64,000 bases of DNA from Minisyncoccota bacterium (GCA_023229865.1 JALNYL010000004.1:17773-81772); one strand, 5' to 3'; numbered from the stretch's first letter, positions 48,140-58,628 are shown. Notes: generated by a model not told the origin, from the letters alone. A program made the numbers and translations.

Positions 48140-49160
48140 TTTTGTGCTCCTTATTGTGAGTTATGGCGAGAGGCAGTCTTTCTCCAAGGCTCAATACATC
48201 GCCTTTGAAGTTTGATACCGCCCCTGCGTCAATTTCGCGATGAAGAATTTCCATGCCGCCATCGTAGCCAGCAGCAGTTCTCAGCCGCGCATCAAGTGCT
48301 TTGGCTTGTGCTACCCCGAGTGTCTCAATGCCGCGTGCTTTTTGTACAGCCGCATCTGCTTCGAGTCTCGCGATTTCAACTGCCGTAGTGGCCGCTTTTT
48401 CTTCTTCGCTTGCGCCGACAAGTTCAAAACTTACGAAGTCAACCTTGTGAACAGCAACCCCGAAGGTATCGATCACTCCCAGCGTACTGCCAGAAGTTTT
48501 ATTCACCTTTTCGATGTCAGAAGAGAAAGAACTCCCTTCACCTTCTTTATCGAGTGCACGGAAGTCGTCGTATGTTCTGCCACGTGCAAAATCTGCAATG
48601 GCCCCCTTCACGGTTGCGTTGGCGTTATTAAGCCATTTCCCCTTGAAGATAAAGACAAGTTTGATTGGGTTCACGACTCGGTATGTGACATTGACGAGGA
48701 GATTGATTTTGAAGTTTCCCTTGAGATCAACCCCCTCAACAAGAATGGGGTAGGAAGACAAGAAATACAGCGAATTCACATACTCCGACTTGCGGACGAT
48801 ATCAAAACCTTCTTCGTCTTTCGACGAATCGCCTTTAGTCAACTTGTCCCAGTCAAAGTGCCACACATGGATTTCTTTGAGCGGATACAGCAAGCTCACG
48901 AGAAACACGCCGAGAATGCTGAAGGGGCGAGAAAAGTTACTGTTCTCTCCTTCGGCAATGAGGCCAGTTTTGTAATCGTAATGGTAACCCGTCCCCTTAA
49001 GGTTCGGGATTACTTTTTCACACGACTCGCCAGCCACCACAAACTTGATCTCCCCGGTGGGGACATAACAAGTTTGTTTTTCGTAACGTGCCCCGTAGAG
49101 GAGCCAGACACAGAAAGCAATTACTGCAACAACCAAAAGTCCAACAATAAATGTGAACAT
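48123..49160 (-). CDS. SPFH/Band-7-like membrane protein (hypothetical)
   Basis: N-terminal TM, central domain with a prohibitin/stomatin-like pattern and a coiled-coil C-terminus. SD AGGAGAA. Weak family call. Confidence 0.4.
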   Translation of the reverse strand: MFTFIVGLLVVAVIAFCVWLLYGARYEKQTCYVPTGEIKFVVAGESCEKVIPNLKGTGYHYDYKTGLIAEGENSNFSRPFSILGVFLVSLLYPLKEIHVWHFDWDKLTKGDSSKDEEGFDIVRKSEYVNSLYFLSSYPILVEGVDLKGNFKINLLVNVTYRVVNPIKLVFIFKGKWLNNANATVKGAIADFARGRTYDDFRALDKEGEGSSFSSDIEKVNKTSGSTLGVIDTFGVAVHKVDFVSFELVGASEEEKAATTAVEIARLEADAAVQKARGIETLGVAQAKALDARLRTAAGYDGGMEILHREIDAGAVSNFKGDVLSLGERLPLAITHNKEHKNATQS

Positions 49161-49218
49161 GTTCTTCTCCTAAGTGAGTTAATTTGCAATTATCAATGAA
49201 CCGATAATCTCTGACAAC

Positions 49219-49246
49219 ATTATACACTTTTTGTCAAAAAAGTCAA
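49219..49246 (-). promoter_or_regulatory. Strong sigma-70 promoter (TTGACT-16 nt-TGTATAAT) for the minus-strand operon 49160-47354
   Basis: -35 at 49241-49246 and extended -10 at 49219-49226 on the minus strand. Confidence 0.6.
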
Positions 49247-49293
49247 GGTCTGCGGGTGGCAGGAAAGGCTTGGGAAATAAGACAAATTACGAG

Positions 49294-49375
49294 TGAGCAT
49301 GGGGAGACTTGAACTCCCAATCCTTACAGAATGCGCTTCTGAGACGCACGCGTATACCAATTCCGCCACATGCTC
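49294..49375 (-). tRNA. tRNA-Leu (anticodon CAG)
   Basis: Acceptor GAGCATG/CATGCTC, anticodon loop CTCAGAA, long variable arm, T-arm GGGAGTTCAAGTCTCCC. No CCA encoded. Confidence 0.75.
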
Positions 49376-49384
49376 ATTTCAGTT

Positions 49385-49425
49385 TAATTGTGCCGAGGAG
49401 AGGACTTGAACCTCCATGGGTCGCC
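49385..49425 (-). pseudogene. Partial tRNA-Leu 3' half (variable arm + T-arm + acceptor 3' strand) without a matching 5' half
   Basis: Minus-strand CGGGGCGACCCATGGAGGTTCAAGTCCTCTCCTCGGCA is nearly identical to the 3' half of tRNA-Leu(TAG). No D-arm or anticodon arm could be found. Confidence 0.45.
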
Positions 49426-49545
49426 CCGCCTTTTCTTAATGCCTGTTTCGTGTTCGCTCAACAACGGTATTTGCGCATTAGCGCACCAGATTTAAATCAA
49501 AACAGTTTGATTTAAATTCACTCGGCAAGCATATCGTGTACAAAG

Positions 49546-49627
49546 TGCTGGGAAGAGGACTTGAACCTCCATGGGTCACCCCGCTTGCTCCTAAGGCAAG
49601 TGCGTCTACCAATTTCGCCATCCCAGC
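49546..49627 (-). tRNA. tRNA-Leu (anticodon TAG)
   Basis: Acceptor GCTGGGA/TCCCAGC, anticodon loop CTTAGGA, long variable arm, T-arm GGAGGTTCAAGTCCTCT. Confidence 0.75.
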
Positions 49628-49654
49628 ACTCTATGCACGATGCGTCTACAATTT

Positions 49655-49683
49655 CTGAATCAGCAGATTCACGTCTTGGACGA
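49655..49683 (+). repeat. 29-bp repeat, copy 3, just upstream of the tRNA cluster
   Basis: CTGAATCAGCAGATTCACGTCTTGGACGA, identical to copy 1. Confidence 0.7.
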
Positions 49684-49930
49684 CCTCGGCATACAACACA
49701 TAAGGTACACTAAAATTGAAGAAAAGGCGAGGGGGGTTCACAGGATTCGCCTCTCCTTTCAGTCGAGACTAATCTTGTGTGGTCACGAGTTACTAAGTCT
49801 GCTCAGATGATTACATCCTGTGCGGACTAAGTACTCTCGACCCCGGCTCGCCATTTTGTCTGCTGACAAAATATGGCTGCGCCTTGCACAAACGGAAAAC
49901 CTGCCGCAGGGCAGGTTTTCTTATCGTTTG

Positions 49931-50003
49931 TGCACCCAGTAGGATTCGAACCTACGACCGTCTCGTTAAGAGCGAGCTGCTCTACCAACTGAGCTATGGA
50001 TGC
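49931..50003 (-). tRNA. tRNA-Lys (anticodon CTT)
   Basis: Acceptor GCATCCA/TGGGTGC (one G-U pair), D-arm GCTCAGTTGGTAGAGC, anticodon loop CTCTTAA, T-arm GTAGGTTCGAATCCTAC. Confidence 0.8.
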
Positions 50004-50272
50004 ATCTATTCTTCATCAGTAACTTTTGAGATAAACCCTCTGGGCCTACCAAAACAGTTATGGATGCATGTACGAGATATTATACACAAATAATAGAAAA
50101 TGTGAAGTGGGGGAGGCGGGATGGGACTCGCCTCTCCTTGCAGTCGAGACCATCCATTTTAATAGTCGCGTTGCTCCTTTAAAATGGTGGGCCTTCGGTT
50201 CGGGTCCCATCTACTGGATACACAATAGCAAAAAAAAGACAGGGAAGGGACCCTGTCTTTTTTTTGCTATTG

Positions 50273-50353
50273 TGTCCGGGATGGGACTCGAACCCATAAG
50301 CCTTGCGGCGGGAAATTTTAAGTCTCCTGTGTATACCATTCCACCACCCGGAC
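50273..50353 (-). tRNA. tRNA-Leu (anticodon TAA)
   Basis: Acceptor GTCCGGG/CCCGGAC, anticodon loop CTTAAAA, long variable arm, T-arm ATGGGTTCGAGTCCCAT. Confidence 0.8.
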
Positions 50354-50533
50354 ATGTTTATTTGTATTTTATTCCTGACGTTGGGTTTGTTCCGGCTTGC
50401 GATTCTGATTTTTGTACCTCAAAAATCATGTCGTAAGATTTCGAGCAACTAAGTTGCGAGAAATTTACGACCCGACGCAAGTGAAGCAGTTCACTTGCTC
50501 CCACGCCAAGAAAATCCTGGCGGATTTTCTTTG

Positions 50534-50605
50534 AGGCGTGGGCGAGAATCGAACTCGCGTATAGAGGTTTTGCAAACGACTGCCTTACCACTTGGCTACC
50601 ACGCC
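50534..50605 (-). tRNA. tRNA-Cys (anticodon GCA), imperfect anticodon stem
   Basis: Acceptor GGCGTGG/CCACGCC, discriminator U73 (a Cys identity element), anticodon loop TTGCAAA, T-arm GCGAGTTCGATTCTCGC. The anticodon stem has two mismatches. Confidence 0.6.
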
Positions 50606-50795
50606 TTTATTTATTATTTTAACCCCTTTGAAACTTCCTTGTAACACTTTTGACACAAGTGAAACTTCCTAACCATATCCTTTTTGTTTGGTGGACTCAA
50701 TAAGATTCCACCAAAGTCTTTGAGCTCATCTTTGCATTTATCACACTTTGGTTTAATGGCCATATTTTGTGTTTAACTCAATGCACCTGCCTATC

Positions 50796-51122
50796 TTATC
50801 CTTGTTGTCCCAACTCGTCAATTCTTTGGCGATTGCGCTCACCTTCATCAATCTTCACTTCGAGCACGGGAAGGTTCTTTAAGTGTGCGTGAGTCTTGAT
50901 GTATTCACGGAGTTCAGTGCGCTTGCGCTTTGCGAAATCAAGAGCTTTCTCTTGCTCGCTCGTAGGGAAGCAGGTGAAGTAAATGGTCCCGCGCTTGAAG
51001 TCAGGGGAGATCGTTGCGTCGGTGATGGTGATAAGGGAATTTTTCCCAGCTTCACGCGTAAAAAACTCAGCTGCAATAGAGCGGAGGAATGAACGCATTT
51101 TATCTTGTCGGGGGGTGGTCAT
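50796..51122 (-). CDS. rbfA: Ribosome-binding factor A
   Basis: RbfA-like sequence and size. Lies immediately downstream of infB, as in the canonical operon. Confidence 0.75.
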   Translation of the reverse strand: MTTPRQDKMRSFLRSIAAEFFTREAGKNSLITITDATISPDFKRGTIYFTCFPTSEQEKALDFAKRKRTELREYIKTHAHLKNLPVLEVKIDEGERNRQRIDELGQQG

Positions 51123-51139
51123 GGGGTAGTTGTTAGTTG

Positions 51140-52663
51140 TTATTTCTCACTCATTACAAATGCTTCGAGCACGTCTCCGCCAGCGATCTCCATTTTTGAT
51201 TCAACCATCATGCCGAATTCATTCCCTTCATCAACTTTCTTTGCTGCAATCTTTTGTGACTGAAGTCCTTCAATCTTGCCACGGCCAATCTCAACCTCGC
51301 GACGCATGATTTTTACCTGAGCGCCTACTTCGATAGTTCCGGTGAGGACTTTTCCTCCCACAACTTGCTTGTGTTTCGTCGCGCTGAATGTCTTGAGAAT
51401 CTTTGCTGTGCCTACAATGTCCTCGCCCATAGTCTTTGGGGTGCGACGATCGAGTTCCTCATTGAGCCATTCTGAAAGTTTGTAAATGATATCGAAAGTT
51501 TTGATCGTGATACCAAAACGCTCTGCGATGTCTTGTGCGCCACGCTCAACCTTGGTGTGGAAGCCGAGGATAATAGCACTGTCTGAGCCCGAGGCGAGCT
51601 TTGCGTCGTTTTCACCAATAGTTCCAACGCCCTTTGCGATGATTTTGATAGCGATACGCTCGCGCTCGATTTTGCCGAGTTCCTTCTCGAGTGCCTCAAG
51701 GGTTCCTGCTACGTCTGATTTCAAAACGATAGGTACAATGAGTGCATTGTCAGCGAGGGGGATAGTGCGAATGATTTTTGCAGCAGGATTCTTTGCGCGT
51801 GCCTCACGGATCTCGAGCTGTACCTTCTCGGCATCTTTCTTGTTTTCGTATGCACGGAATGTGGTGCCCACTGCGGGAAGTGAATCAAAGCCGGTGATCT
51901 GAATAGGGGACGAGAACGTCGCCTCAGAAACTTGCTTGCCGAGGAAATTCTCAATAGCGCGTACTGGTGACATGCTCTCTTCTGCGAGAATAAACATCCC
52001 TTTCTTGAGGGTGCCGTTGGTAATGATGAGCGTTGCTGAGGTGCCGCGCTTTGTGTCGATGTGTGACTCAACCACGATACCTTCTGCGGGGAGGGAAGTG
52101 TCGCCTTCGAGATTTTCCATCTCTGCGACGAGAAGCATCATATCGAGAAGCTCAGGAATACCAGTTCCAATTTTTGCAGAAATAGGTACAAAGGGCACAT
52201 CGCCACCGAAACCTTCGAGGTAGATCTCGTTCTCGGCGAGATTCTGCTTGGTGCGCTCGATGTTTGCGTTGGGCTTGTCGATTTTGTTGATAGCAACAAT
52301 GTAAGGGACGCCTGCTTCTTTGATGGCGCGGAGTGCCTCTTTAGTTTGTTCCTTTACGCCGTCTTCTGCAGACACGACGAGAATAGCAATGTCAGCCACA
52401 CCTGCTCCACGTGCACGCATCTTTGAAAACGCTTCGTGTCCTGGGGTGTCGAGGAAGGTGATACGCTCTGCGGTGCTCGTCTCCCGTGTCTTGTGATCAA
52501 CTTCGTACGCAGAAAGGTGCTGTGTGATACCACCTGCTTCGCCTGCAACAACGTTTGATTTGCGGATATAGTCAAGAAGGCTCGACTTGCCGTGGTCGAT
52601 GTGCCCCATGATAACGACGATGGGTGGACGGGGGATGATTTTTGGTTGAGCCTTTTTGGTCAT
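51140..52663 (-). CDS. infB: Translation initiation factor IF-2 (short form lacking the N-terminal extension)
   Basis: GTPase G1 [17 protein letters not shown]3 DTPGHEAF and G4 NKIDK. C-terminal domains. Confidence 0.9.
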   Translation of the reverse strand: MTKKAQPKIIPRPPIVVIMGHIDHGKSSLLDYIRKSNVVAGEAGGITQHLSAYEVDHKTRETSTAERITFLDTPGHEAFSKMRARGAGVADIAILVVSAEDGVKEQTKEALRAIKEAGVPYIVAINKIDKPNANIERTKQNLAENEIYLEGFGGDVPFVPISAKIGTGIPELLDMMLLVAEMENLEGDTSLPAEGIVVESHIDTKRGTSATLIITNGTLKKGMFILAEESMSPVRAIENFLGKQVSEATFSSPIQITGFDSLPAVGTTFRAYENKKDAEKVQLEIREARAKNPAAKIIRTIPLADNALIVPIVLKSDVAGTLEALEKELGKIERERIAIKIIAKGVGTIGENDAKLASGSDSAIILGFHTKVERGAQDIAERFGITIKTFDIIYKLSEWLNEELDRRTPKTMGEDIVGTAKILKTFSATKHKQVVGGKVLTGTIEVGAQVKIMRREVEIGRGKIEGLQSQKIAAKKVDEGNEFGMMVESKMEIAGGDVLEAFVMSEK

Positions 52664-52681
52664 AGTATAAAAATAATTAGA

Positions 52682-53143
52682 TTAACGCGTTGCTTGCTTT
52701 ACGACCTTCTGTTCCTCTTCTGTCATTTCAAATTCCGAAGTGAAATTTTTGATAGGCTTTGCGAATACACTCATACGATCCCGCGCGTAAAGACTTGAGA
52801 CGACCGTGCCATCGCCTTCTTCAGAGAGGAGAGCGATTGCGAAGCTTTGGTTGCCCCCTTCACCAGTGCCTTTAAACGCATTGAAGCGAATAGTCTCAAC
52901 ACCCTGGATACTGCGCTTGATACGCTTTTCTGCATCAGTGAGATAGGTAGTGGTGTCGTTTTGGAACTTTTCGAGTGAGCGGATATCTTCAGTAAGAGCG
53001 ACAATAGTGTCTTCGAGGCTACGAGCATCTTTGCCAGCTACGAGCTTCTTCATGCGGCGTTCCAAGATAAAAACCCATACCGCGAGAAGGAGTGTGGTTA
53101 CAAGGAGAACAATAGTGAGAATTTGGGTGGGGCTCAAGGTCAT
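52682..53143 (-). CDS. Membrane-anchored hypothetical protein (DUF4446-like)
   Basis: N-terminal TM, coiled region and C-terminal FNAFKGTGEGGNQSFAIALL block. Confidence 0.35.
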   Translation of the reverse strand: MTLSPTQILTIVLLVTTLLLAVWVFILERRMKKLVAGKDARSLEDTIVALTEDIRSLEKFQNDTTTYLTDAEKRIKRSIQGVETIRFNAFKGTGEGGNQSFAIALLSEEGDGTVVSSLYARDRMSVFAKPIKNFTSEFEMTEEEQKVVKQATR

Positions 53144-53213
53144 ATTGGTTGAAACAGTACCATATTTTCAGGGATTTTGCAAAAGTGGTAAGGGCGGGCT
53201 ATGATTAATACAC

Positions 53214-54401
53214 ATGAAGAGAATTTACTTAGATAACGCGGCGGCGACGCCTGTGAGTGCTCTGGCGCAAAAGGCGGTTGCGGAAACTTCAAAAAAGTTT
53301 TTTGGGAATCCAAGTGCGATACACAAGGAGGGGAAGGAAGCACGCACCTCCTTGGAGTCGGCGCGCGCCATGGTCGCGGAGGCACTCGCTGCGCGTCCTG
53401 ATGAAATCATTTTTACCAGTGGAGCAACAGAGGCCAACAATATGGCGTTTATGGGTGTCGTGCAATCAGCGGGGATCCGTGGACTCGCACGGCCTCACAT
53501 TGTTATCTCTGCTATTGAGCATCCTTCTGTGCTTGAGACCGTGAGAGCTCTTGAGCGATATGGTATGCGTGTTGACTATTTGCCTGTCGATAGTCGAGGG
53601 CTCATCGATACGAAGGAGCTTCGCAAACTCATTACTCCTGAGACCGTGCTCGTATCGGTCATGTATGCCAACAATGAGATTGGCACAATAGAGCCTATTA
53701 CTGATATTGCACGTGAAGTTCGTCACGCACGCAAGATGAATAGTAGTGCATATCCATATTTTCATACCGATGCATCACAGGCGGCAAATTATCTCGATAT
53801 GAATGTGCTTCGTCTTGGTGTGGACCTCATGACCATCTCTTCGGGTAAGACGTATGGTCCTCGTGGTGTCGGCGCGCTCTTTGTGAAGCGCGGTGTCGAG
53901 ATGAGTCCACTCATGTATGGTGGGGAGCACGAGGCGGGTCGTCGTCCAGGGACTGAGTCGGTTGCGCTCGCGACTGGTTTTGCAACTGCGCTCGCGGAGG
54001 CGCGTAAGATGAGCGTGAAAGAGTCAAAGCGTGTGGCGAAACTCCGTGATGCACTTGCGGCGAAGGTTTTGAAGAAAATTTCAGGCTCATCAGTGAATGG
54101 TGATTTGGCACGTAGTCTTCCTAATATTTTGAATATTTCCTTTGAAGGTGTGGAGAGTGAAGCGCTCGTGCTCTACTTGGATGCCGCGGGGATTGCGGTG
54201 TCGGGGAAGAGCGCTTGTAAGAGTTCCAGTGAAGGACCGTCACATGTTATACTTGCGATAGATAAGGCTGGTAATGGTGAGGCAGGCGCAATTCGTTTTT
54301 CGCTCGGTCGCGAGACAAAAAGTGAAGATGTGACCCGTGTGGCAAATGAAGTGATTCGTTTAGTTCCGCTTCTTCGAACGATGCAAGAAAATAGTAATTA
54401 A
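53214..54401 (+). CDS. Cysteine desulfurase (class V aminotransferase, NifS/IscS-like)
   Basis: PLP-lysine region TISSGKTYGPRGVGALFV. The active-site Cys loop is near the C-terminus (SGKSACKSSSEGPSHV). Confidence 0.8.
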   Translation: MKRIYLDNAAATPVSALAQKAVAETSKKFFGNPSAIHKEGKEARTSLESARAMVAEALAARPDEIIFTSGATEANNMAFMGVVQSAGIRGLARPHIVISAIEHPSVLETVRALERYGMRVDYLPVDSRGLIDTKELRKLITPETVLVSVMYANNEIGTIEPITDIAREVRHARKMNSSAYPYFHTDASQAANYLDMNVLRLGVDLMTISSGKTYGPRGVGALFVKRGVEMSPLMYGGEHEAGRRPGTESVALATGFATALAEARKMSVKESKRVAKLRDALAAKVLKKISGSSVNGDLARSLPNILNISFEGVESEALVLYLDAAGIAVSGKSACKSSSEGPSHVILAIDKAGNGEAGAIRFSLGRETKSEDVTRVANEVIRLVPLLRTMQENSN

Positions 54402-54413
54402 TTTTAAATATTT

Positions 54414-54986
54414 ATGTACGAAGCAAAAAATTTTGAACGACTCTTGGGGACCGAAGGATTTTCTGATGTGCTTTTGCGCAATCATTTTACGCTCTATGAG
54501 GGATATGTTTCGAATACCAATAAAGTAAGTGAGCTTTTAAAAACAGCAGAGACGGGGACACCTCTCTATAACGAAGTGAAGCGCCGCTTTGGTTGGGAAT
54601 GGAACGGTATGCGCCTTCATGAACTTTATTTTGGGAACATGATTAAGGGTGGAACTCCTCTCGAAACAAAAACCGCTCTTGCAAAAAAGATTGTTGAAGA
54701 TTTTGGATCGTTTGAAGCTTGGGAAAAAGATTTTCGTGCGACCGGGGCAATGCGTGGTATCGGCTGGGCCGTGCTTGCGCGCGACGGTGAGTCGGGGCGC
54801 CTCTTTAATGTATGGGTCAACGAGCATGATGGCGGGAATCTCGCAGGTGCAACAATCCTCCTTGTGATGGATGTGTTTGAGCATGCGTTTGCGCTCGACT
54901 ATGGTATTAAGCGCGCAGACTACATTAATGCCTTTTGGGCAGCTATTGATTGGGTAGTTGTTTCTCATAGATTTGCAGGGAAGTAA
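54414..54986 (+). CDS. Fe/Mn superoxide dismutase family protein
   Basis: C-terminal DVFEHAFALDYG (the D-x-[WF]-E-H-A-[YF] metal-ligand motif). N-terminal NHFTLYEGYVSN helix region. Confidence 0.6.
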   Translation: MYEAKNFERLLGTEGFSDVLLRNHFTLYEGYVSNTNKVSELLKTAETGTPLYNEVKRRFGWEWNGMRLHELYFGNMIKGGTPLETKTALAKKIVEDFGSFEAWEKDFRATGAMRGIGWAVLARDGESGRLFNVWVNEHDGGNLAGATILLVMDVFEHAFALDYGIKRADYINAFWAAIDWVVVSHRFAGK

Positions 54987-55010
54987 ACTCTAAGGTACTA
55001 TTGAGAATAT

Positions 55011-55844
55011 ATGGAGCACCTCACCAAAGCACAAATCGTTCTCCTCACACTCTTTGTTAGTTTTGTGTCGTCTATGGCGACGGGTATTGTCGTGGTTACT
55101 CTTATGGAACAGGCTTCAGCGCCGGTAAGTCAGACGATTACCAATGTGGTTGAGCGTACCATCGAAAAGATTACACCGACGATTATTGAAAAGCCGGGCA
55201 AGCAAGTCATTATAAAAGATGAAGATCTCGTTGTGTCTGCTATTGATCGCAATATTAAAAGTGTCGTTGCGTTTAGAATTGCGAGTGAAGGAGGAGACTC
55301 TCTTGTGTCTGGGGTAGGAACTATTGTTTCTCCTGAAGGGCTTGTTGTTACTGATAGAGGTAACTTTGGGGCAGGGGCGCTTACCACAACGATTGATGGC
55401 GTCCAGTATGTTCTCGAGGTTCTCTCAAATGAAAAGGGAAACACGCTTGGCATCGGGAAGCTCACTCCTGTTTCGGCGACATCAACACCAAAATTTGCTA
55501 CGGCAACATTGGGAAGCTCTGTTAATTTGCGCCTCGGGCAGACCGCGGTGGTTATCGGTGGTCGTGATGGGAAAACTATCACTACAGGACTTATTAATAA
55601 TCTTGAGACAAAGACCATCGTAGACGAGGCGACAAAAGCAGAAACGAAAGTCTTGGAGAATATCGGAGTTTCGTCTCGTTTTGCAGGCTCTTCAAATGGT
55701 GCTCCTATTATTACCCTCAGTGGTGATATTGTTGGATTTTTGAGCATCGATGAAATCATTGGTACTCAGAAGGGGGCACTCGTTACTGAAGCAAAAAGAC
55801 TTATCGAAGAAGTAAGCAAGATAGTTCCTGCTAAAAAACTCTAA
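55011..55844 (+). CDS. Trypsin-like serine peptidase domain protein (S1C/HtrA-like, membrane-anchored; catalytic competence uncertain)
   Basis: N-terminal TM. GSSNGAPII resembles the GNSGGPL oxyanion/Ser motif. GVGTIVSPEGLVVTD resembles the HtrA N-terminal strand. Confidence 0.5.
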   Translation: MEHLTKAQIVLLTLFVSFVSSMATGIVVVTLMEQASAPVSQTITNVVERTIEKITPTIIEKPGKQVIIKDEDLVVSAIDRNIKSVVAFRIASEGGDSLVSGVGTIVSPEGLVVTDRGNFGAGALTTTIDGVQYVLEVLSNEKGNTLGIGKLTPVSATSTPKFATATLGSSVNLRLGQTAVVIGGRDGKTITTGLINNLETKTIVDEATKAETKVLENIGVSSRFAGSSNGAPIITLSGDIVGFLSIDEIIGTQKGALVTEAKRLIEEVSKIVPAKKL

Positions 55845-55940
55845 GATTTAAGCCTGCTTTGCGTCCTCGGGTCTATTGTTTGACAACATAGAACCACTAT
55901 TGTACATTGTCCCTGATTTTAGTATTTTAAAACAAACATT

Positions 55941-58628
55941 ATGCCCCCATTCAATAACTTCACAACCAAAGCACGCGATATTATTCGCCGCGCACATGAG
56001 CTTGCGGTGGAGCGTGGGCAGAACCACGTCAGCCCGATGCATCTTCTGACGTCTCTGATGCTTGACGATGAGAGTATTGTCGTTTCTATTCTTGAGCGTC
56101 TTGACGTCGACACAATGCAGCTCGCGGAGGATCTCCTCTCACTTATTGAGCCTACTACTACGCAAAATGTTGCGGCAGCTTCGTACCAACTCTATCTTAC
56201 TCCTGAACTCGGGCAGGTACTCGGCGAGGTTGCGCCACGCCTGGCGGCAGAAATGAAAGATGAGCAGATTTCTTGTGAGCATCTTTTCCTTGCGCTCTTT
56301 GATGTGGAAGGGCAGGCGCGTGAGTTCCTTGTTCGTCATGGCGTTGAGCGTGAAAATGTAATGCGCATTCTTGATGAATTTCGTACACAAAATATTACCG
56401 ATAGTACGCCAACAAAAAAACTTAAGTCAGTTTATAAGTACACGCGCAATCTCACCGCACTCGCGGCTCAGGACAAACTTGACCCTGTGATTGGCCGTGA
56501 CAATGAAGTGGGTCGCATCATTCAGATTCTTTCGCGTCGTACCAAGAACAATCCTATTCTTATAGGAGAAGCGGGAGTGGGGAAGACTGCGGTTGTTGAA
56601 GGCCTTGCTATTCGTATGGCGAAGGGCGACGTCCCTGAGTCTCTCAAAAACAAGGAACTCGTTTCTCTTGATCTCGGTTCTCTTATTGCGGGGACAAAGT
56701 ATCGCGGCGAGTTTGAGGATCGTTTGAAGAAGATTATGAAGGAAATTGAGCGTTCAGAGGGGAAGATCATTCTCTTTATTGATGAGATCCACACGATTGT
56801 GGGGGCGGGGGCAGCGGAAGGTTCAATGGACGCTTCAAATATGTTGAAGCCTGCGCTTGCGCGTGGGGAACTCCGCGCTATCGGAGCTACAACGCTTCGT
56901 GAATATCAGAAGCATATCGAGAAGGACCCTGCGCTTACGCGTCGTTTCCAGCCCGTACATGTCAACGAGCCATCAATCGAAGATGCAATCGCAATTCTTC
57001 GTGGCCTCAAGGAGAAATATGAACTTTTCCACGGTGTGCATATCACTGATGACGCTATTATGGCGGCAGTAAATCTCTCGAGTCGCTATATTACTGACCG
57101 TTTTCTGCCCGACAAAGCAGTAGACCTCATTGATGAGGCTGCATCGTCTCTCCGTATTTCACTCGAAAACAAACCGCCTGTTCTTGAAGATGCGCATCGT
57201 CGTATTATGCGTCTTGAGATTGAAAAAGAAGCGCTCAAGAAAGAAGCAACCCTTGGCGGAGAAGAAGGGAAGAACGCAAAAGCCCGCACAAAAAAGATTG
57301 ATAAAGAAATAGGCGACCTCCGCGAGAAGACACGCGAGATTGAACTCAAGTGGAAAAACGAGAAGGAGCTCGTGGTGGAGATTCGCGCTATTAAAAAAGA
57401 TATGGAAACTGCACGCCTCGAAGCAGAAACCGCAGAGATGAAGGCAGACCTCGCGCTTGCTGCGGAGATTCGCTATGGACGTATCCCCGCGTTTGAAAAG
57501 GATCTCGCGACAAAGATGGCGCGCCTCAAGAAGCTCCAGTCGTCACGTCGTATTTTGAAAGAGGAGGTGGTGGAGCATGATATTGCAGAAGTTGTTGCTC
57601 GTTGGACAGGGATCCCAGTGACAAAGATGCTTGAGGAAGAAGCAGGAAAGCTTGCGCATATAGAAGATGAACTCGAGAAGCGTGTAGTCGGGCAGCGTGA
57701 TGCTATCCAGAAGGTCTCTGATGCTATTAAACGCTCACGAGCGGGCATCGCGGACCCAAATCGCCCTATCGGCTCATTCCTCTTCTTGGGGCCGACAGGC
57801 GTCGGTAAGACTGAGCTTTCAAAGGCACTCGCGGAGTTTATGTTCAATGATGACAAAGCGCTTATCCGCGTAGATATGTCGGAGTATATGGAGAAGCATG
57901 CAGTGTCGAAGCTCATTGGTTCGCCTCCTGGATATGTCGGACACGAAGAAAGTGGCAACCTTACGGAAACGGTGCGTCATCGTCCATACTCAGTGCTCCT
58001 CTTTGATGAAGTTGAAAAAGCTCACCCAGAGGTTTTCAACATCCTTTTGCAGGTTCTTGATAATGGACAACTCACTGACTCAAAGGGGCGTGTGGTGAAC
58101 TTCAAAAATACGGTAATTATTTTGACGTCGAACATTGGCTCAGAACATATCGACAAGATGCAGGCCATTGGCTTTGGGACGCACTCGAGCGACAAGGCAG
58201 ATTATGCTGACGCAAAAGATCGCGTGATGGATTCGCTCAAGAATTTCTTCCGTCCTGAATTTTTGAATCGTCTTGATGAAATAATTCTCTTTGATATTTT
58301 GTCACCGGAAGTTATCCAGAATATCGTCGGTCTCCAGGTGGACATTGTGAAGAAGCGTCTTGCTGAAAAAGAAATTACGCTTAATGTCGCTCCTGACGTC
58401 CTCTCATATCTTGCAGAGAAGGGATATGATACGCACTACGGCGCACGCCCGCTCAAGCGTTTGATTCAGAATAAGATTCTTACGCCGATCGCATCACTTA
58501 TGATTTCTTCGGGGGTACTCAAGGGTGGTCGCGTCCTTGTCTCGACAGAAAAGGGGGAAGTGGCTATCCGTGTGGAGAAAAAAGCGGTTACTTCAAAGTC
58601 TCGCGCTCGTACAAAAGCGGCTGCGTAA
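55941..58628 (+). CDS. clpB: ATP-dependent chaperone ClpB (two AAA+ modules with long middle coiled-coil)
   Basis: Clp_N repeats. NBD1 Walker [10 protein letters not shown]. Long M-domain. NBD2 Walker [10 protein letters not shown]. Sensor and Arg finger (GARPLKR). Confidence 0.9.
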   Translation: MPPFNNFTTKARDIIRRAHELAVERGQNHVSPMHLLTSLMLDDESIVVSILERLDVDTMQLAEDLLSLIEPTTTQNVAAASYQLYLTPELGQVLGEVAPRLAAEMKDEQISCEHLFLALFDVEGQAREFLVRHGVERENVMRILDEFRTQNITDSTPTKKLKSVYKYTRNLTALAAQDKLDPVIGRDNEVGRIIQILSRRTKNNPILIGEAGVGKTAVVEGLAIRMAKGDVPESLKNKELVSLDLGSLIAGTKYRGEFEDRLKKIMKEIERSEGKIILFIDEIHTIVGAGAAEGSMDASNMLKPALARGELRAIGATTLREYQKHIEKDPALTRRFQPVHVNEPSIEDAIAILRGLKEKYELFHGVHITDDAIMAAVNLSSRYITDRFLPDKAVDLIDEAASSLRISLENKPPVLEDAHRRIMRLEIEKEALKKEATLGGEEGKNAKARTKKIDKEIGDLREKTREIELKWKNEKELVVEIRAIKKDMETARLEAETAEMKADLALAAEIRYGRIPAFEKDLATKMARLKKLQSSRRILKEEVVEHDIAEVVARWTGIPVTKMLEEEAGKLAHIEDELEKRVVGQRDAIQKVSDAIKRSRAGIADPNRPIGSFLFLGPTGVGKTELSKALAEFMFNDDKALIRVDMSEYMEKHAVSKLIGSPPGYVGHEESGNLTETVRHRPYSVLLFDEVEKAHPEVFNILLQVLDNGQLTDSKGRVVNFKNTVIILTSNIGSEHIDKMQAIGFGTHSSDKADYADAKDRVMDSLKNFFRPEFLNRLDEIILFDILSPEVIQNIVGLQVDIVKKRLAEKEITLNVAPDVLSYLAEKGYDTHYGARPLKRLIQNKILTPIASLMISSGVLKGGRVLVSTEKGEVAIRVEKKAVTSKSRARTKAAA

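Noticed and set aside
49385-49526. Intron-containing tRNA spanning the orphan Leu 3' half and an upstream CTCGGC segment
   Set aside because: A possible 5' acceptor strand (GCCGAGT) exists about 140 nt upstream. The intervening sequence shows no D-arm or anticodon arm and contains an AT palindrome. An intron of this size in a bacterial tRNA-Leu is unsupported, so a truncated duplicate is more parsimonious.
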